Positions 44,913 to 55,200 of a stretch of DNA of 57,520 bases are shown here, piece after piece (within the stretch, counting starts at the first letter, position 1; each line of letters starts with the position of its first letter). Under the pieces are notes generated by a model. That model saw only the letters and a program-made list of their open reading frames with translations, searched no databases and had not been told where the DNA came from. The stretch is taken from contig JAYUZV010000014.1 of NCBI GenBank assembly GCA_043751475.1, positions 1 through 57,520 of the forward strand, read 5' to 3'. This DNA comes from Chlamydiia bacterium (GTDB lineage: Bacteria > Chlamydiota > Chlamydiia > Chlamydiales > JAYUZV01). The position numbers were made by a program, and so were the translations under genes.

Positions 44913-46421
44913 ATGAATGCCAGTGAATACAAACTCGCTTGGAAAGAAGAGGCGACAGCTCTTTATATAGACGCTTACGACCGTAAATATGCGGCAAAAA
45001 ATGGGAGTGTCGCGTGGCGCATCAATAATCCTGGGCTGATTCACCATCATTGCCATTCCGCAAGAAAAAATGGTTCGATAGGTGTTTGGGAAAAGTATGC
45101 TATTTTTTCAAATCCCCTTCAAGGCCGCCAGGCATTGAAAGGGTGGTTGCACTCTAAAACATATTATCAGTCAACGCTCCTGGCAATTGGTAAGTATTAC
45201 CAGCCTACTTCTCCGGAAGAATTCGTTCAAAACTTGCCATTTTCAGTTTCACCTAAAAGCAAGTTAAAAGAGTTGACGCATGAAGAGTTTAATCTCTTGC
45301 TTACTTCCATAGAAACACTATGCGGATTTATTCAAACCGGAGACGAGGAATTTCTTTTGCTGCCCAAAATAGCTGGGAAAATCGAATGGATAGATAAACA
45401 AGAACTCTATCTCATAGGCAACGATGTAGTTTTGACACAGGAGAAGACAATCGATTGGGTTAATTCTCATCGACTGGATGCAGTTGTTGTTCACAATTCA
45501 AATGGCACCATCCATCTCCGTTCTAGACGATCTTATCAAATGCAGAAATTAGACTTCTCCCAAAACAAAAAATTGCGGGGATCTACCGAATTGGATGTAC
45601 TCATCCGAATCGTAGCTGAAGAAGTTTTAGGGCAATGCGTTTGGGGATTCATCAATGGTATCAGCAATCCAAAAATGCAGGCAATTGAGTCGACCAAATT
45701 AATTTCAAATACGGCCGGCAATGAACGCGTATTTTCCTTGCAAAATGATCAATTTTGGCTGGGGCTCAAAGACACCGGTGTTGCCATATTTTTAAAAACA
45801 GGTAGCGACACCCAAATTATTAAAAATGCAGCTAAATTTCTTCAGCATTTACTCTCCGTTTATGAAACTAAGCGAGGAGGGCCGGTTATTTTATTTGCCC
45901 ATAGCCAAGGGGCTGCTATTGCTGAGCATGCAATCATGTTATTATCGAGTGAGGAAAGGGCAAAAATTCGCATTTTCACTTTTGGTGGCTGGTCTTTTAT
46001 CCCTCCTGGTGTGACTCATCCAGAATCTCATAATTATATCAGTGTCAGTGATCTAATCCCCAGACTTGGTTCTTTTAATCTTCAATATCTTGCGATAAGG
46101 AAATACCAGTGGCTTAAAGAAGGACTGACCCATGACGAGATCATCTGGCGCCTCGCTTTTGAAGACACTATCCGTAAATCTGGTCCTTTAGGACCGCGAG
46201 CTCTGAAGACGTATACAGAAGAACGATATCAGTTTTATAAACATGAACTCGATAGAATCCAGAATATCACCGTTCTCGATTCTGACAACAGACTGGAACA
46301 TGCATTTAATAGTGAGACGTATCAATCTATTCTTAGAGAAATTATTGAGAAATACAGGCACAATCAAATAAAAATTGCGGACACAAGCTCCGAAAACGCA
46401 CCCTTAGTGCAACTGGTTTAA
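44913..46421 (+). CDS. 502-aa two-domain protein with an unknown N-terminal domain and a C-terminal serine alpha/beta-hydrolase-like (lipase/esterase) domain
   Basis: GFINGISN ... VILFAHSQGAAIAEH (AHSQG nucleophile elbow at aa 329-333) ... FTFGG ... SVSDLIP ... LEHAF. No signal peptide or TM segment. The N-terminal ~240 aa carry the AWRINNPG and HHHCH motifs. Confidence 0.6.
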   Translation: MNASEYKLAWKEEATALYIDAYDRKYAAKNGSVAWRINNPGLIHHHCHSARKNGSIGVWEKYAIFSNPLQGRQALKGWLHSKTYYQSTLLAIGKYYQPTSPEEFVQNLPFSVSPKSKLKELTHEEFNLLLTSIETLCGFIQTGDEEFLLLPKIAGKIEWIDKQELYLIGNDVVLTQEKTIDWVNSHRLDAVVVHNSNGTIHLRSRRSYQMQKLDFSQNKKLRGSTELDVLIRIVAEEVLGQCVWGFINGISNPKMQAIESTKLISNTAGNERVFSLQNDQFWLGLKDTGVAIFLKTGSDTQIIKNAAKFLQHLLSVYETKRGGPVILFAHSQGAAIAEHAIMLLSSEERAKIRIFTFGGWSFIPPGVTHPESHNYISVSDLIPRLGSFNLQYLAIRKYQWLKEGLTHDEIIWRLAFEDTIRKSGPLGPRALKTYTEERYQFYKHELDRIQNITVLDSDNRLEHAFNSETYQSILREIIEKYRHNQIKIADTSSENAPLVQLV

Positions 46422-46431
46422 AGAGGAAATT

Positions 46432-46794
46432 ATGGACATAACAGACACGGTTGAAAAAGATAGAAAAAGTGCGAAAATATGCGGATCGATAGCGACCATT
46501 ATCTACATTCCGCTCTTTCCCATTTTGGTGATGCTAGCCGGCGCTTCTGCGCTTGTATTTGATAACCCGGGTCTGAGTATTCCTCTCGGTTTGTCGATTA
46601 TATTGCTCTATCTGATCACTGCCCTCTCGGTGCCATTTACTCTTTACCGCATCTGGTCTTGCTATTCACGAGACGAATACCGAAAAAGTCGCTTCTCTTG
46701 CCTCATACCCATCGCTGCGCTACTGATAACAAGCGCCTACCACACCTCAGTTCAACTCATTGAACTCTTTCTTGATATGAACCTATCCCAATAA
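46432..46794 (+). CDS. small 3-TM membrane protein, paralog B (120 aa)
   Basis: MDITDTVEKDRKSAKICGSIATIIY...PFTLYRIWSCYSRDEYRKSR. It starts 10 nt after the hydrolase-like gene stop and is a paralog of 44522..44866. Confidence 0.65.
   Translation: MDITDTVEKDRKSAKICGSIATIIYIPLFPILVMLAGASALVFDNPGLSIPLGLSIILLYLITALSVPFTLYRIWSCYSRDEYRKSRFSCLIPIAALLITSAYHTSVQLIELFLDMNLSQ
46454..46486 (+). repeat. 33-nt perfect direct repeat, copy 2 (in paralog B)
   Basis: Identical to 44541..44573 by direct comparison of the two stretches. Confidence 0.9.
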
Positions 46795-47039
46795 TTCAAA
46801 AGTTATGATTTTCAAAGGATTTTTTCACAGATTTTACAGCCCACATCGCAGGTCATACTTAAGTAAGTAGGCCAAGATGGGGGCTTGAAAGGATGGGGAA
46901 AAAGGGATTAAAGTGGATGTCGTTATTGAATTCTGCTTCTTATCGCGCACTGACCATTGTATTCGGATAGAATAGCCAAACGCTGTGCGAAAAGTATTCG
47001 ACCTCTTTATGTGACACTTAACTAAAGCTGATGTTTAAA

Positions 47040-48350
47040 TCAGCTTGTTTGGGGTTCTTTTTTGCGGCTGAGGAAGAGGTAGAGGGCGGTGAGAAGGAGT
47101 GAGGAGAGAGCCAGAAGAATACGCCAGAGGTGAGTCTGCAAAAGGTGGAGCAGGTAGTAGGAAGTACTCATTTCAATTGTAGTAGCGGCGAGAAGTTCGG
47201 TGCAGCAAAGGGCATGACCATCCTCTGTAATCACCTCAATTTGACCCACAGTGCGGCCAGCAGGAATGGGCAGTACGCCGGGATACCAGGTGAGATAAGC
47301 CTTGTAATTCTGCTCCTCAGAGGGGTAGTAGGTCACGAAAAGCGAGGAGGCCATTTTTGCTGTCAGTGGGCGCTCCCCTCCTTTAACAGAAAGAGAAAAT
47401 TGCTCGTCCTCTTCTGATAGGAGCTTGCGGGTCACAGGTTTTTCATTAAAAGCTGTTTCAAAGAGGGTAATCACATCTTGAAAGCGCTCTTTACTGGTAG
47501 GACAACCCATAACAACTGCAATGAGTTTGCGATTTTCATCTTTGGCAGCGGCAACAAGATTATTTTTAGCAGCCGAGATATAACCCGTCTTAATGCCGAA
47601 GGCTTTTGGGTAGTAGTGCGCCCCTTTTTTAAGAAGACGGTTTGTCTGAGGAAGTGAAATGGCCTCCTGCTTATTTGTCTTGGGCCTGTCAAAGCTGCTT
47701 TTGCTTAAAATTTCGAGAAATTTTTCATGCTCAATCGCCTTCTTTGCAATCATCGCAAGGTCGTAGGCGGTAGTGAATTGCTCGGTATCGTGAAGGCCAT
47801 GAGGATTTTTTAACTCTGTGTTTTCAACCCCAATCTCTTTGAGATACTCATTGATTCCAGCGACATATTCTGGAATCGATCCGGCAAAATGTTCTGCAAT
47901 GACATTAGAGGCGTCATTACCTGAACGGAGTAACATGCCCTGTAAAAGCTGCTCGACTGTCATCTGTTCAGCTGGACGGAGTGCAATATGGGTCCCATCA
48001 GATTCAAGACGGTAAGAGGGATGAGCGCCAGAGCGCCTAACGCTTGGTGAAAGTGATGAAATTGCATCTCTTGAAGCTGTTGCTGTTTCATGCAAGCGAT
48101 CGCCATATTTTTCAAGTGTATAAAGAATAGTTGCTACCTTAATGGTGCTGGCTGGTTGGCCCTTTTCTCCGCGATTTTTTTCGTATAGAACAGCACCCGT
48201 ATCGGCGTTGATTAAAATGGCGGTGCTTGCCGAAACATCGGCTTTTAAGAGTTGCGCTGCCTCTCCTTTAGTTGGAGAGAGGAGCAAAATAGAGCTAACA
48301 AAGAGAGAGAGTATTATTTTCACAACGATTTTATCTCTAAACAGTTTCAT
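47040..48350 (-). CDS. dacC: D-alanyl-D-alanine carboxypeptidase (PBP5/6-type, peptidase S11)
   Basis: Signal peptide plus the SxxK (PASTIKVAT), SxN (RSGNDASN) and KTG (IKTGYI) motifs, with a C-terminal hydrophobic anchor. Confidence 0.88.
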   Translation of the reverse strand: MKLFRDKIVVKIILSLFVSSILLLSPTKGEAAQLLKADVSASTAILINADTGAVLYEKNRGEKGQPASTIKVATILYTLEKYGDRLHETATASRDAISSLSPSVRRSGAHPSYRLESDGTHIALRPAEQMTVEQLLQGMLLRSGNDASNVIAEHFAGSIPEYVAGINEYLKEIGVENTELKNPHGLHDTEQFTTAYDLAMIAKKAIEHEKFLEILSKSSFDRPKTNKQEAISLPQTNRLLKKGAHYYPKAFGIKTGYISAAKNNLVAAAKDENRKLIAVVMGCPTSKERFQDVITLFETAFNEKPVTRKLLSEEDEQFSLSVKGGERPLTAKMASSLFVTYYPSEEQNYKAYLTWYPGVLPIPAGRTVGQIEVITEDGHALCCTELLAATTIEMSTSYYLLHLLQTHLWRILLALSSLLLTALYLFLSRKKEPQTS

Positions 48351-48432
48351 TAAAATAGTTGTTGAGATTATCCAGATATTAAGTTATCAAAAGAAAATAA
48401 AGATAATACAACAGAGACCGGAGTCAATTGGG

Positions 48433-48867
48433 ATGAATCCAGAGCAGCTAGAAGGAGCATATCAAGAATATATAAAAAATGTACACGCTCTTCCCGACGG
48501 AATCAGGCAGATTGACTTAGAACTCCTTGCAAACCTCGGTCTTTTGAAAATAAGTGAGTTTGAAAACCCGCAGAGCGACGCCTTTGAACAGCACTTTACT
48601 GTGATTGAATCGGAGGCAAAGGTAACTCTTTATAACGACAAATTAGCGCTTTGGATCACACCGGAACACCACCGAGAAATTCCCTCAACCCTCGCCATGG
48701 TAGCCCTAATTAAAGATGGTAAAACCAGTTTAGAAATGGCTCTACGCGCAGAATCTGTTTTTAACACCCCAAAACACATTTTACATGTGCTACAAACGAC
48801 TATTTCTGATCTGCTCGAGACAGAAAATGCGATTAAATCCCTCGATACAGGGCAATCATCGGCCTAA
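48433..48867 (+). CDS. hypothetical protein (144 aa)
   Basis: The part of ORF 48142..48867 that does not overlap dacC. ATG at 48433 (MNPEQLEGAYQEY...). No motif recognised. The 3' end overlaps convergent trmL by 12 nt. Confidence 0.45.
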   Translation: MNPEQLEGAYQEYIKNVHALPDGIRQIDLELLANLGLLKISEFENPQSDAFEQHFTVIESEAKVTLYNDKLALWITPEHHREIPSTLAMVALIKDGKTSLEMALRAESVFNTPKHILHVLQTTISDLLETENAIKSLDTGQSSA

Positions 48868-49311
48868 GTCAAACAAAGCGTGATAGAGGATAATTGCGGC
48901 GCAATTGGACAAATTCAGACAGCGGGCTGCTGGGTCCATGGGAATTGTGTAAAATTTCTCGGGATATGTTTTAAAAAAATGGTCTGGCAATCCTTTTGTC
49001 TCCGAACCAAAGATCAAAATATCATCCTTTTGAAAAGAAATTTCTGTATAACTTCGGGTAGCTTTACTAGAAAAAAAGTAGCAGCGGCAGCCAGGGTTTT
49101 CTAGCTCTTTTGCCAAATAGTGATCAAGATTATCGATTAGTTCCAAATTGAGATGCTCCCAATAGTCGAGACCCGCGCGCTTCATCTGCCGATCTGACAA
49201 GCTAAAACCCAGAGGACGTTTGAGCACAAGCGTTGCCCCCGCAGCGACACATGTGCGCGCAATATTTCCCGTATTGACCGGAATATCTGGCTCAAAAAGT
49301 AGAACTTTCAC
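48856..49311 (-). CDS. trmL: tRNA (cytidine/uridine-2'-O)-methyltransferase TrmL (SpoU/TrmH family)
   Basis: MKVLLFEPDIPVNTGNIARTCVAAGATL N-terminus, FGSETKGLP, and a LNLSNCAAIILY C-terminal knot motif. Confidence 0.85.
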   Translation of the reverse strand: MKVLLFEPDIPVNTGNIARTCVAAGATLVLKRPLGFSLSDRQMKRAGLDYWEHLNLELIDNLDHYLAKELENPGCRCYFFSSKATRSYTEISFQKDDILIFGSETKGLPDHFFKTYPEKFYTIPMDPAARCLNLSNCAAIILYHALFDLGR

Positions 49312-50625
49312 CTAATTTTCCTCTTTTTTCAAGCGCCACAATTTCTCTATCTCTTTTCCAATAGATGCAAGGGCAATATCCTCTTTATTACCGGTAAGCA
49401 TCTCTTTTAAAGAAGCCTTTCCGATATGTAGCTCGTGGTCGCCTATCACTAGCGTATAAGCAGCTCCAACATCACTTGCAAGCTTTAATAAGCTCCCAAT
49501 TTTCACCCCTTTTTTAAGCGACATTTCTGTAGCAATTCCACTTGTGCGCAACTGACAGAGCAGTGCAAAACAGAACACTTCCGCCTTTTCACCAATCGGT
49601 GCAAGAAATAAATACGGATGGTTTTTGTTTGGGAAAAAAGCATTTTGGCGCTGCATTGTCTGAATGATTCTCTCGATTCCGGTTGCAAAACCGACAGATG
49701 GCAGATCAGGACCTCCGAGCTGTTTTGATAGGCCGTCGTAACGGCCTCCAGCACCTATGGTATTGTGAGCAAAAAGATCGCTGCTTGTCACCTCAAACAC
49801 AGTGTGGTTGTAGTAGTCCAGGCCGCGCACCAGCTTCTCGTTAATGCTATATGCAATTTTAAGCTCTCCAAGCAGCTCCTGCACGCGGTCAAAATGGAGA
49901 GCGCTATCCTCATCCAAACACTCGCACAAAAGAGGCGCTCCCTCCAAGATTTTCTGATCCTCTGGACTTTTTGAATCTAAAATGCGCAGAGGATTGTCGG
50001 TAAATCGGCGCTGTGAATCGTCCGAGAGCTCATCAAACCGGGGCTGTAAAAAACTACGCAAACGCGCCCTATAATTTTCGCGCGCACGGCTATTTCCAAC
50101 CGAATTAACCATCACATGCAAATTGGATAAACCGAGTCTCTCATAAATGGTGCACAGTAGGTGGATCATTTCGACATCTTGTTCTGGGGTGGAAATACCA
50201 ACTGCCTCTGCCCCAAATTGGTGGAGTTGGCGGTAGCGCCCGCCCTGAGGCCGCTCGTAACGAAACATCGGCCCCATGTAAAAATATTTTTGAATGGGGT
50301 CGTTTAAATCAAGCCTATGCTCAATAAGCGCCCTAATTACAGATGCCGTTCCCTCAGGCCTGAGGGTCATAGAGCGCCCTCCTTTATCAAGAAAAGTATA
50401 CATCTCTTTTGTAACAATATCCGAACTCTCACCAACAGAGCGCGTAAAAAGCTCCGTTCGCTCAAAAATAGGGGTACGAATCTCGCGATAGCCAAACTGG
50501 GTAGCAACAGAGCGGATCACCTCCTCGACATAGAGCCAAAGATGGGTGTTTTTCCACGATTCCCCCTCTGCTGTTGGGTTTGGCAGGAGATCAAAAACTC
50601 CTTTTGGGCACTGATACTGTTCCAT
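49312..50625 (-). CDS. hisS: histidyl-tRNA synthetase
   Basis: Class II motifs (MFRYERPQGGRYRQLHQFGAE, GGRYDGL, FATGIERI) and a C-terminal anticodon-binding domain. Confidence 0.92.
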   Translation of the reverse strand: MEQYQCPKGVFDLLPNPTAEGESWKNTHLWLYVEEVIRSVATQFGYREIRTPIFERTELFTRSVGESSDIVTKEMYTFLDKGGRSMTLRPEGTASVIRALIEHRLDLNDPIQKYFYMGPMFRYERPQGGRYRQLHQFGAEAVGISTPEQDVEMIHLLCTIYERLGLSNLHVMVNSVGNSRARENYRARLRSFLQPRFDELSDDSQRRFTDNPLRILDSKSPEDQKILEGAPLLCECLDEDSALHFDRVQELLGELKIAYSINEKLVRGLDYYNHTVFEVTSSDLFAHNTIGAGGRYDGLSKQLGGPDLPSVGFATGIERIIQTMQRQNAFFPNKNHPYLFLAPIGEKAEVFCFALLCQLRTSGIATEMSLKKGVKIGSLLKLASDVGAAYTLVIGDHELHIGKASLKEMLTGNKEDIALASIGKEIEKLWRLKKEEN

Positions 50626-50737
50626 ATGGCATCCCTTTTAAATAGTTATTTAACTATAAATAAGCCGAAGAAATCCTTCAACTTAAAGAATCACATTAAA
50701 AAAATATGAGATAGATTCACGGATGCAAAATCACGGC

Positions 50738-50766
50738 TTGTCACATTCTAACGGAAGTGATAAAAT
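50738..50766 (+). promoter_or_regulatory. promoter candidate for uhpC
   Basis: TTGTCA (50738-50743), 17-nt spacer, TAAAAT (50761-50766). It lies about 78 nt upstream of the GTG start at 50844, which is preceded by GGAGAAG. Confidence 0.45.
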
Positions 50767-50843
50767 GGCCCCAAGAATTAAAATCTCGGCATTAAAGGGG
50801 GTTATTTCCCTACTTTTATTAATCGAGAGTTTGCGGAGAAGCT

Positions 50844-52217
50844 GTGAAATTCCTATTCAACCTACTGAAGCCGCCCGTCCACGCGCCACCTATTAGTGAT
50901 AAAGCTGAAATTGCCAAACAGTATAAGTATTGGCGCATGCGCATTTTTTACAGCATGTATATTGGCTATGTCTTTTACTATCTGACACGCAAAAGCGTTA
51001 CTTTTGCCATGCCCTCCATGATTAATGACCTCGGTTTTACGATGAGTGATATGGGCATATTAAGCAGTACGCTATCCATCTCTTACGGTATCAGTAAATT
51101 TATCAGCGGTATTTTAGCCGACAAGTCAAACCCGCGCTATTTTATGGCCTTTGGGCTTATTCTTACCGGAGTTTGTAACATTTTTTTCGGGCTAACCTCG
51201 TCACTATGGCTATTAGCAATTATATGGGGTATTAACGGTCTCTTTCAGGGCTGGGGATGGCCTCCATGCGCGCGCCTTTTGACCTATTGGTATTCGCAAA
51301 AAGAGCGTGGAAAATGGTGGGGCACATGGAGCACAGCCCATAGTGTCGGCGGATTCATCATACCTATTGTTGCCGCCACTATTTGTAGCAGCGCCCTCGG
51401 CTGGCGCTACGCCCTATTTATCCCGGGTCTTTTATGTATTGTCATGGGATTTTTCCTTATCAATCGCCTACGTGACACCCCACAATCGATGGGTCTTCCC
51501 TCCATTGAGGAGTTTAGAGGTGAAAGCTACACACATAAAGAGCCCCCAAAAGGAAAAAATGGTGAAGAGTCCTCTGCAAAGGAGCTCCTTTTTCACTACG
51601 TTCTGAGGAATAAATTTATCTGGAGCCTTGCCATCTCCTACTTCTTCGTCTATGTCACAAGAGCCGCTATTAACGATTGGAGCCAACTCTATCTGATGCA
51701 GACAAAAAGTTATTCACAACTCGAGGCCGCCTTTTGCGCAGGATTTTTTGAAGCGGGGGGCATCTTCGGATCTCTTGCAGCAGGTTTTATGTCCGACCGC
51801 CTCTTCTCTGGAAAAAGAGCGCCGATCAACATACTTTTTTGCTGCGGCATTGTTGTTTCTGTTCTAGCCTTCTGGCTATGCCCTTACCAGTCGATTGCCC
51901 TCGACTCGCTGCTTACCTTTATTATCGGCTTCCTTATCTTTGGTCCTCAAATGCTCATCGGCATGGCAACAGCTGAACTGTGCCATAAAAAAGCTGCAGG
52001 AACAGCCACTGGTTTTATCGGCCTGATTGCCTACATCGGCGCCGCATCTGCTGGATGGCCCCTCGGCAAAATTACCGACCTCTGGGGATGGGGCGGCTTT
52101 TTCCCGATTATCGCCCTGTGCGGAGTAATTTCCATCCTAGCCCTTATACCTCTCTGGAATGTTAAACCCTATTCGGAAGAGGAAATAGGGGGCAAACTAG
52201 CTCCTTCTAGCTCTTAA
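50844..52217 (+). CDS. uhpC: MFS organophosphate:phosphate antiporter, hexose-phosphate transporter UhpC-like
   Basis: 457 aa with 12 hydrophobic segments and an OPA-family pattern (YWRMRIFYSMYIGYVFYYLTRKS, ADKSNPRYFM, GWGWPPCARLLTYW). It lies between hisS and dnaE as in the recalled C. trachomatis order. Confidence 0.85.
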   Translation: MKFLFNLLKPPVHAPPISDKAEIAKQYKYWRMRIFYSMYIGYVFYYLTRKSVTFAMPSMINDLGFTMSDMGILSSTLSISYGISKFISGILADKSNPRYFMAFGLILTGVCNIFFGLTSSLWLLAIIWGINGLFQGWGWPPCARLLTYWYSQKERGKWWGTWSTAHSVGGFIIPIVAATICSSALGWRYALFIPGLLCIVMGFFLINRLRDTPQSMGLPSIEEFRGESYTHKEPPKGKNGEESSAKELLFHYVLRNKFIWSLAISYFFVYVTRAAINDWSQLYLMQTKSYSQLEAAFCAGFFEAGGIFGSLAAGFMSDRLFSGKRAPINILFCCGIVVSVLAFWLCPYQSIALDSLLTFIIGFLIFGPQMLIGMATAELCHKKAAGTATGFIGLIAYIGAASAGWPLGKITDLWGWGGFFPIIALCGVISILALIPLWNVKPYSEEEIGGKLAPSSS

Positions 52218-52273
52218 TATCCTCGCCCGGTTATGCTGTGACTCTAATTGAATTTAATCAGAGTCACACCCTT

Positions 52274-55200
52274 ATGAAATGGGTCAATTTACACGTTCAT
52301 TCGCAATATTCTGTCCTCGGTTCAACAGCTTCTGTCAAAGAACTTGCTGCTGCCGGAAAAAAGTCTGGGATGGAAGCTCTGGCCCTGACAGATGATGGCA
52401 ATCTCTACGGAGCCGTTGAGTTCACCAAAGAGTGCCAGGAAGCGGGTGTGCGCCCCATTATTGGCTGTGAGCTGACTGTTGCTCCCGAATCGCGTAAAGA
52501 GAAGAAAAAAATTGGCGGCATCCACGGCTCTCCTATTATTTTACTCGCAAAAAACCGCATCGGCTACCGGAATCTCTGCAAACTCTCATCAAGCGCTTTT
52601 ATTGACGGATTCTATTACACACCACGTATTGACAAAGAGCTTTTAAGCGCCCACTTTGAGGGGCTGATTTGTCTCTCAGGCGGACTTAAAGGACCCATTG
52701 CAAGACACGTTTTAACGGGTGATGAAAAAGCGCTGCATGAAGAGGTTCTCTGGTACCAGAATCTCTTCAAAGAGGATTTCTATTTTGAGCTCCAAAATCA
52801 TGAGATGAGCGATGAAGATCTCAAGCTAGAGGGGATTACTAAAGAGAGCTGGCTTAATCAAAGCTATATTGAATACGTTTCTGGCCAAAAAAAGGTCATC
52901 GATCATCTAACAGCAATGGGACGCAAACTGAGCATCCCATGCGTTGCGACAAATGACACCCACTACATCGCGCGCGAAGATTGGCGAGCGCATGAAATTA
53001 TGATGAATATTCAATCAGGTGAGCCGTGCGAAATTTGGGAGCTCGACTCGCATGGAAAACCGAAGAATAAAATAGTCAACCCAAAGCGCAAAACCATGCC
53101 GGTTCACGAGCTTAATTTCAAAACAGAAGAGGAGATGGCGCTCCGCTTTCAAAGCTACCCCGAAACGCTTGAAACCTCGCTTACTATCGCTAAAAAGTGC
53201 GATCTGCTTATCGACTTTAAAACAAAATTCTATCCCGTCTTTGTTCCCCCTGCCCTTGAAGAAACAAGCTATACAGAAAAAGAGCGTGAAGATGCCACCC
53301 ATACTTTCATGCAGCAGCTGTGCAAAGAGGGTATTGAAAAACGCTACGACAAAATAGCCCTAAACGAGGTTGCCAAACACTACCCCGGAAAAGACCCTCT
53401 TGAGGTGGTCCATCAGCGTGTGAAATATGAACTCGACCTGATTATTTCAAAAGGGATGTGCGACTACTTGCTGATCGTTTACGACTTTATCGCATGGGCC
53501 AAAAGGCGGGGAATTCCCATGGGGCCAGGTCGCGGTTCAGGAGCTGGCTCGATTGTTCTCTACCTCATTGGGATCACCGATATCGAGCCACTGCGATTCA
53601 ACCTCTTCTTTGAGCGTTTTATCAACCCAGAAAGACTCTCATATCCCGATATCGACGTCGATATTTGTATGGACCGCAGATCAGAGGTGATCGACTACAC
53701 CGTACAAAAATATGGTCACTCAAAAGTCGCGCAAATTATCACTTTCGGAACAATGAAAGCCAAAATGGCCATTAAAGATGTTGGCCGAACTCTCAGCATT
53801 CCTCTGCCAAAAGTTAACCAGATTGCCAAACTAATACCGGACGATCTTAATATGACGCTGAGGCGCGCACTTGAAATCGATCCCGACCTTGCCAAACTCT
53901 ATAAAGAAGATGAAGAGGTCCACCACCTACTCAATCTTGCGCTGCGCCTTGAAGGGTCTGTGCGCAATACAGGCATTCACGCTGCTGGAATTATCATCTG
54001 CGCGGACCCCCTAACCGACCATATTCCCATCTGCAACCCGAAAGACTCACCCATTATGGTGACCCAATATTCGATGAAACCTGTCGAAGCTGTTGGGATG
54101 CTAAAAATTGACTTTTTGGGACTTAAAACACTCACCTCTATACAAAAAGCCGTAGAGGCCATTGAAGAGAGCCGCGGTGTTAGATTGCCGTGGATCAATT
54201 TGCCACTCGATGATAAACCGACATTTGATCTACTGAACCAAGGAAAAACCCTCGGCATATTCCAGCTCGAGTCAGGTGGTATGCAAGAGCTTGCCAAACA
54301 GCTGCACATCGACAAATTTGAAGAGATTATTGCGGTTGGCGCCCTCTACCGTCCCGGTCCGATGGAGATGATTCCCTCCTTTATTAACCGTAAACACGGA
54401 AGAGAAGAGATTGACATCGACCACCCCGATATGCGCGAGATTCTCAGCGAAACCTACGGGATTATGGTCTACCAAGAGCAGGTCATGCAAATTGCGAGCA
54501 AACTTGCTGGATACTCTCTCGGCGAGGGCGATGTCCTTAGGCGTGCCATGGGAAAGAAAGATCTGCAAGAGATGATGCGCCAGCGCGAAAAATTCAGAGA
54601 GGGTGCTAAGGCGCGTGGCATTTCCGAAGAGCTCTCGATGAGAATCTTCGATAAGGTCGAAAAGTTTGCCTCCTACGGCTTCAACAAATCACACGCAGCA
54701 GCCTACGGCTATCTAACCTATGTCACAGCCTACCTCAAGGCGAACTATCCCTATGAATGGATGGCCGCTTTAATGACTTGCGACCGGGATGACTTAACGA
54801 AAGTCTCGAAAGTCATCCGCGAATGTCAAGCGATGAATATCCCGATACTTCCACCTGATATCAACGAATCGACAGCAGAATTTGCAGCGACATCAAAAGG
54901 TGTGCGCTTTGCCCTTTCCGCGATTAAAGGTGTAGGCATTGGAATTGTCGATGCGATTCGGCAGGAGAGGAAAAAGTCCGGTCCTTTCACTGATCTATTT
55001 GATTTTTTCAAACGGATTGACACCAAAAAAGTAGGCAAAAAGGTTGTTGAATATCTGATTGAAGCTGGAGCATTTGACTTTACTGGTTGGAGCCGCGGCG
55101 AGATGGTCTGCAGCGTTGATCCGATGCATGCTGCGGCTAGTGAATCCCAAAAAGAGAGTGCGCAGGGTATTATGACTCTCTTTTCACTTATTGAAGAAGA

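Noticed and set aside
47025-47046. Hairpin AAGCTGAT-GTTTAA-ATCAGCTT overlapping the dacC stop codon
   Set aside because: There is no U-tract on either strand. It could be a weak bidirectional terminator for the convergent genes, but the evidence is insufficient.
50642-50657. AT-rich palindrome ATAGTTA-TT-TAACTAT in the hisS/uhpC divergent region
   Set aside because: A 7-bp arm in very AT-rich sequence has low information content and cannot be distinguished from chance.
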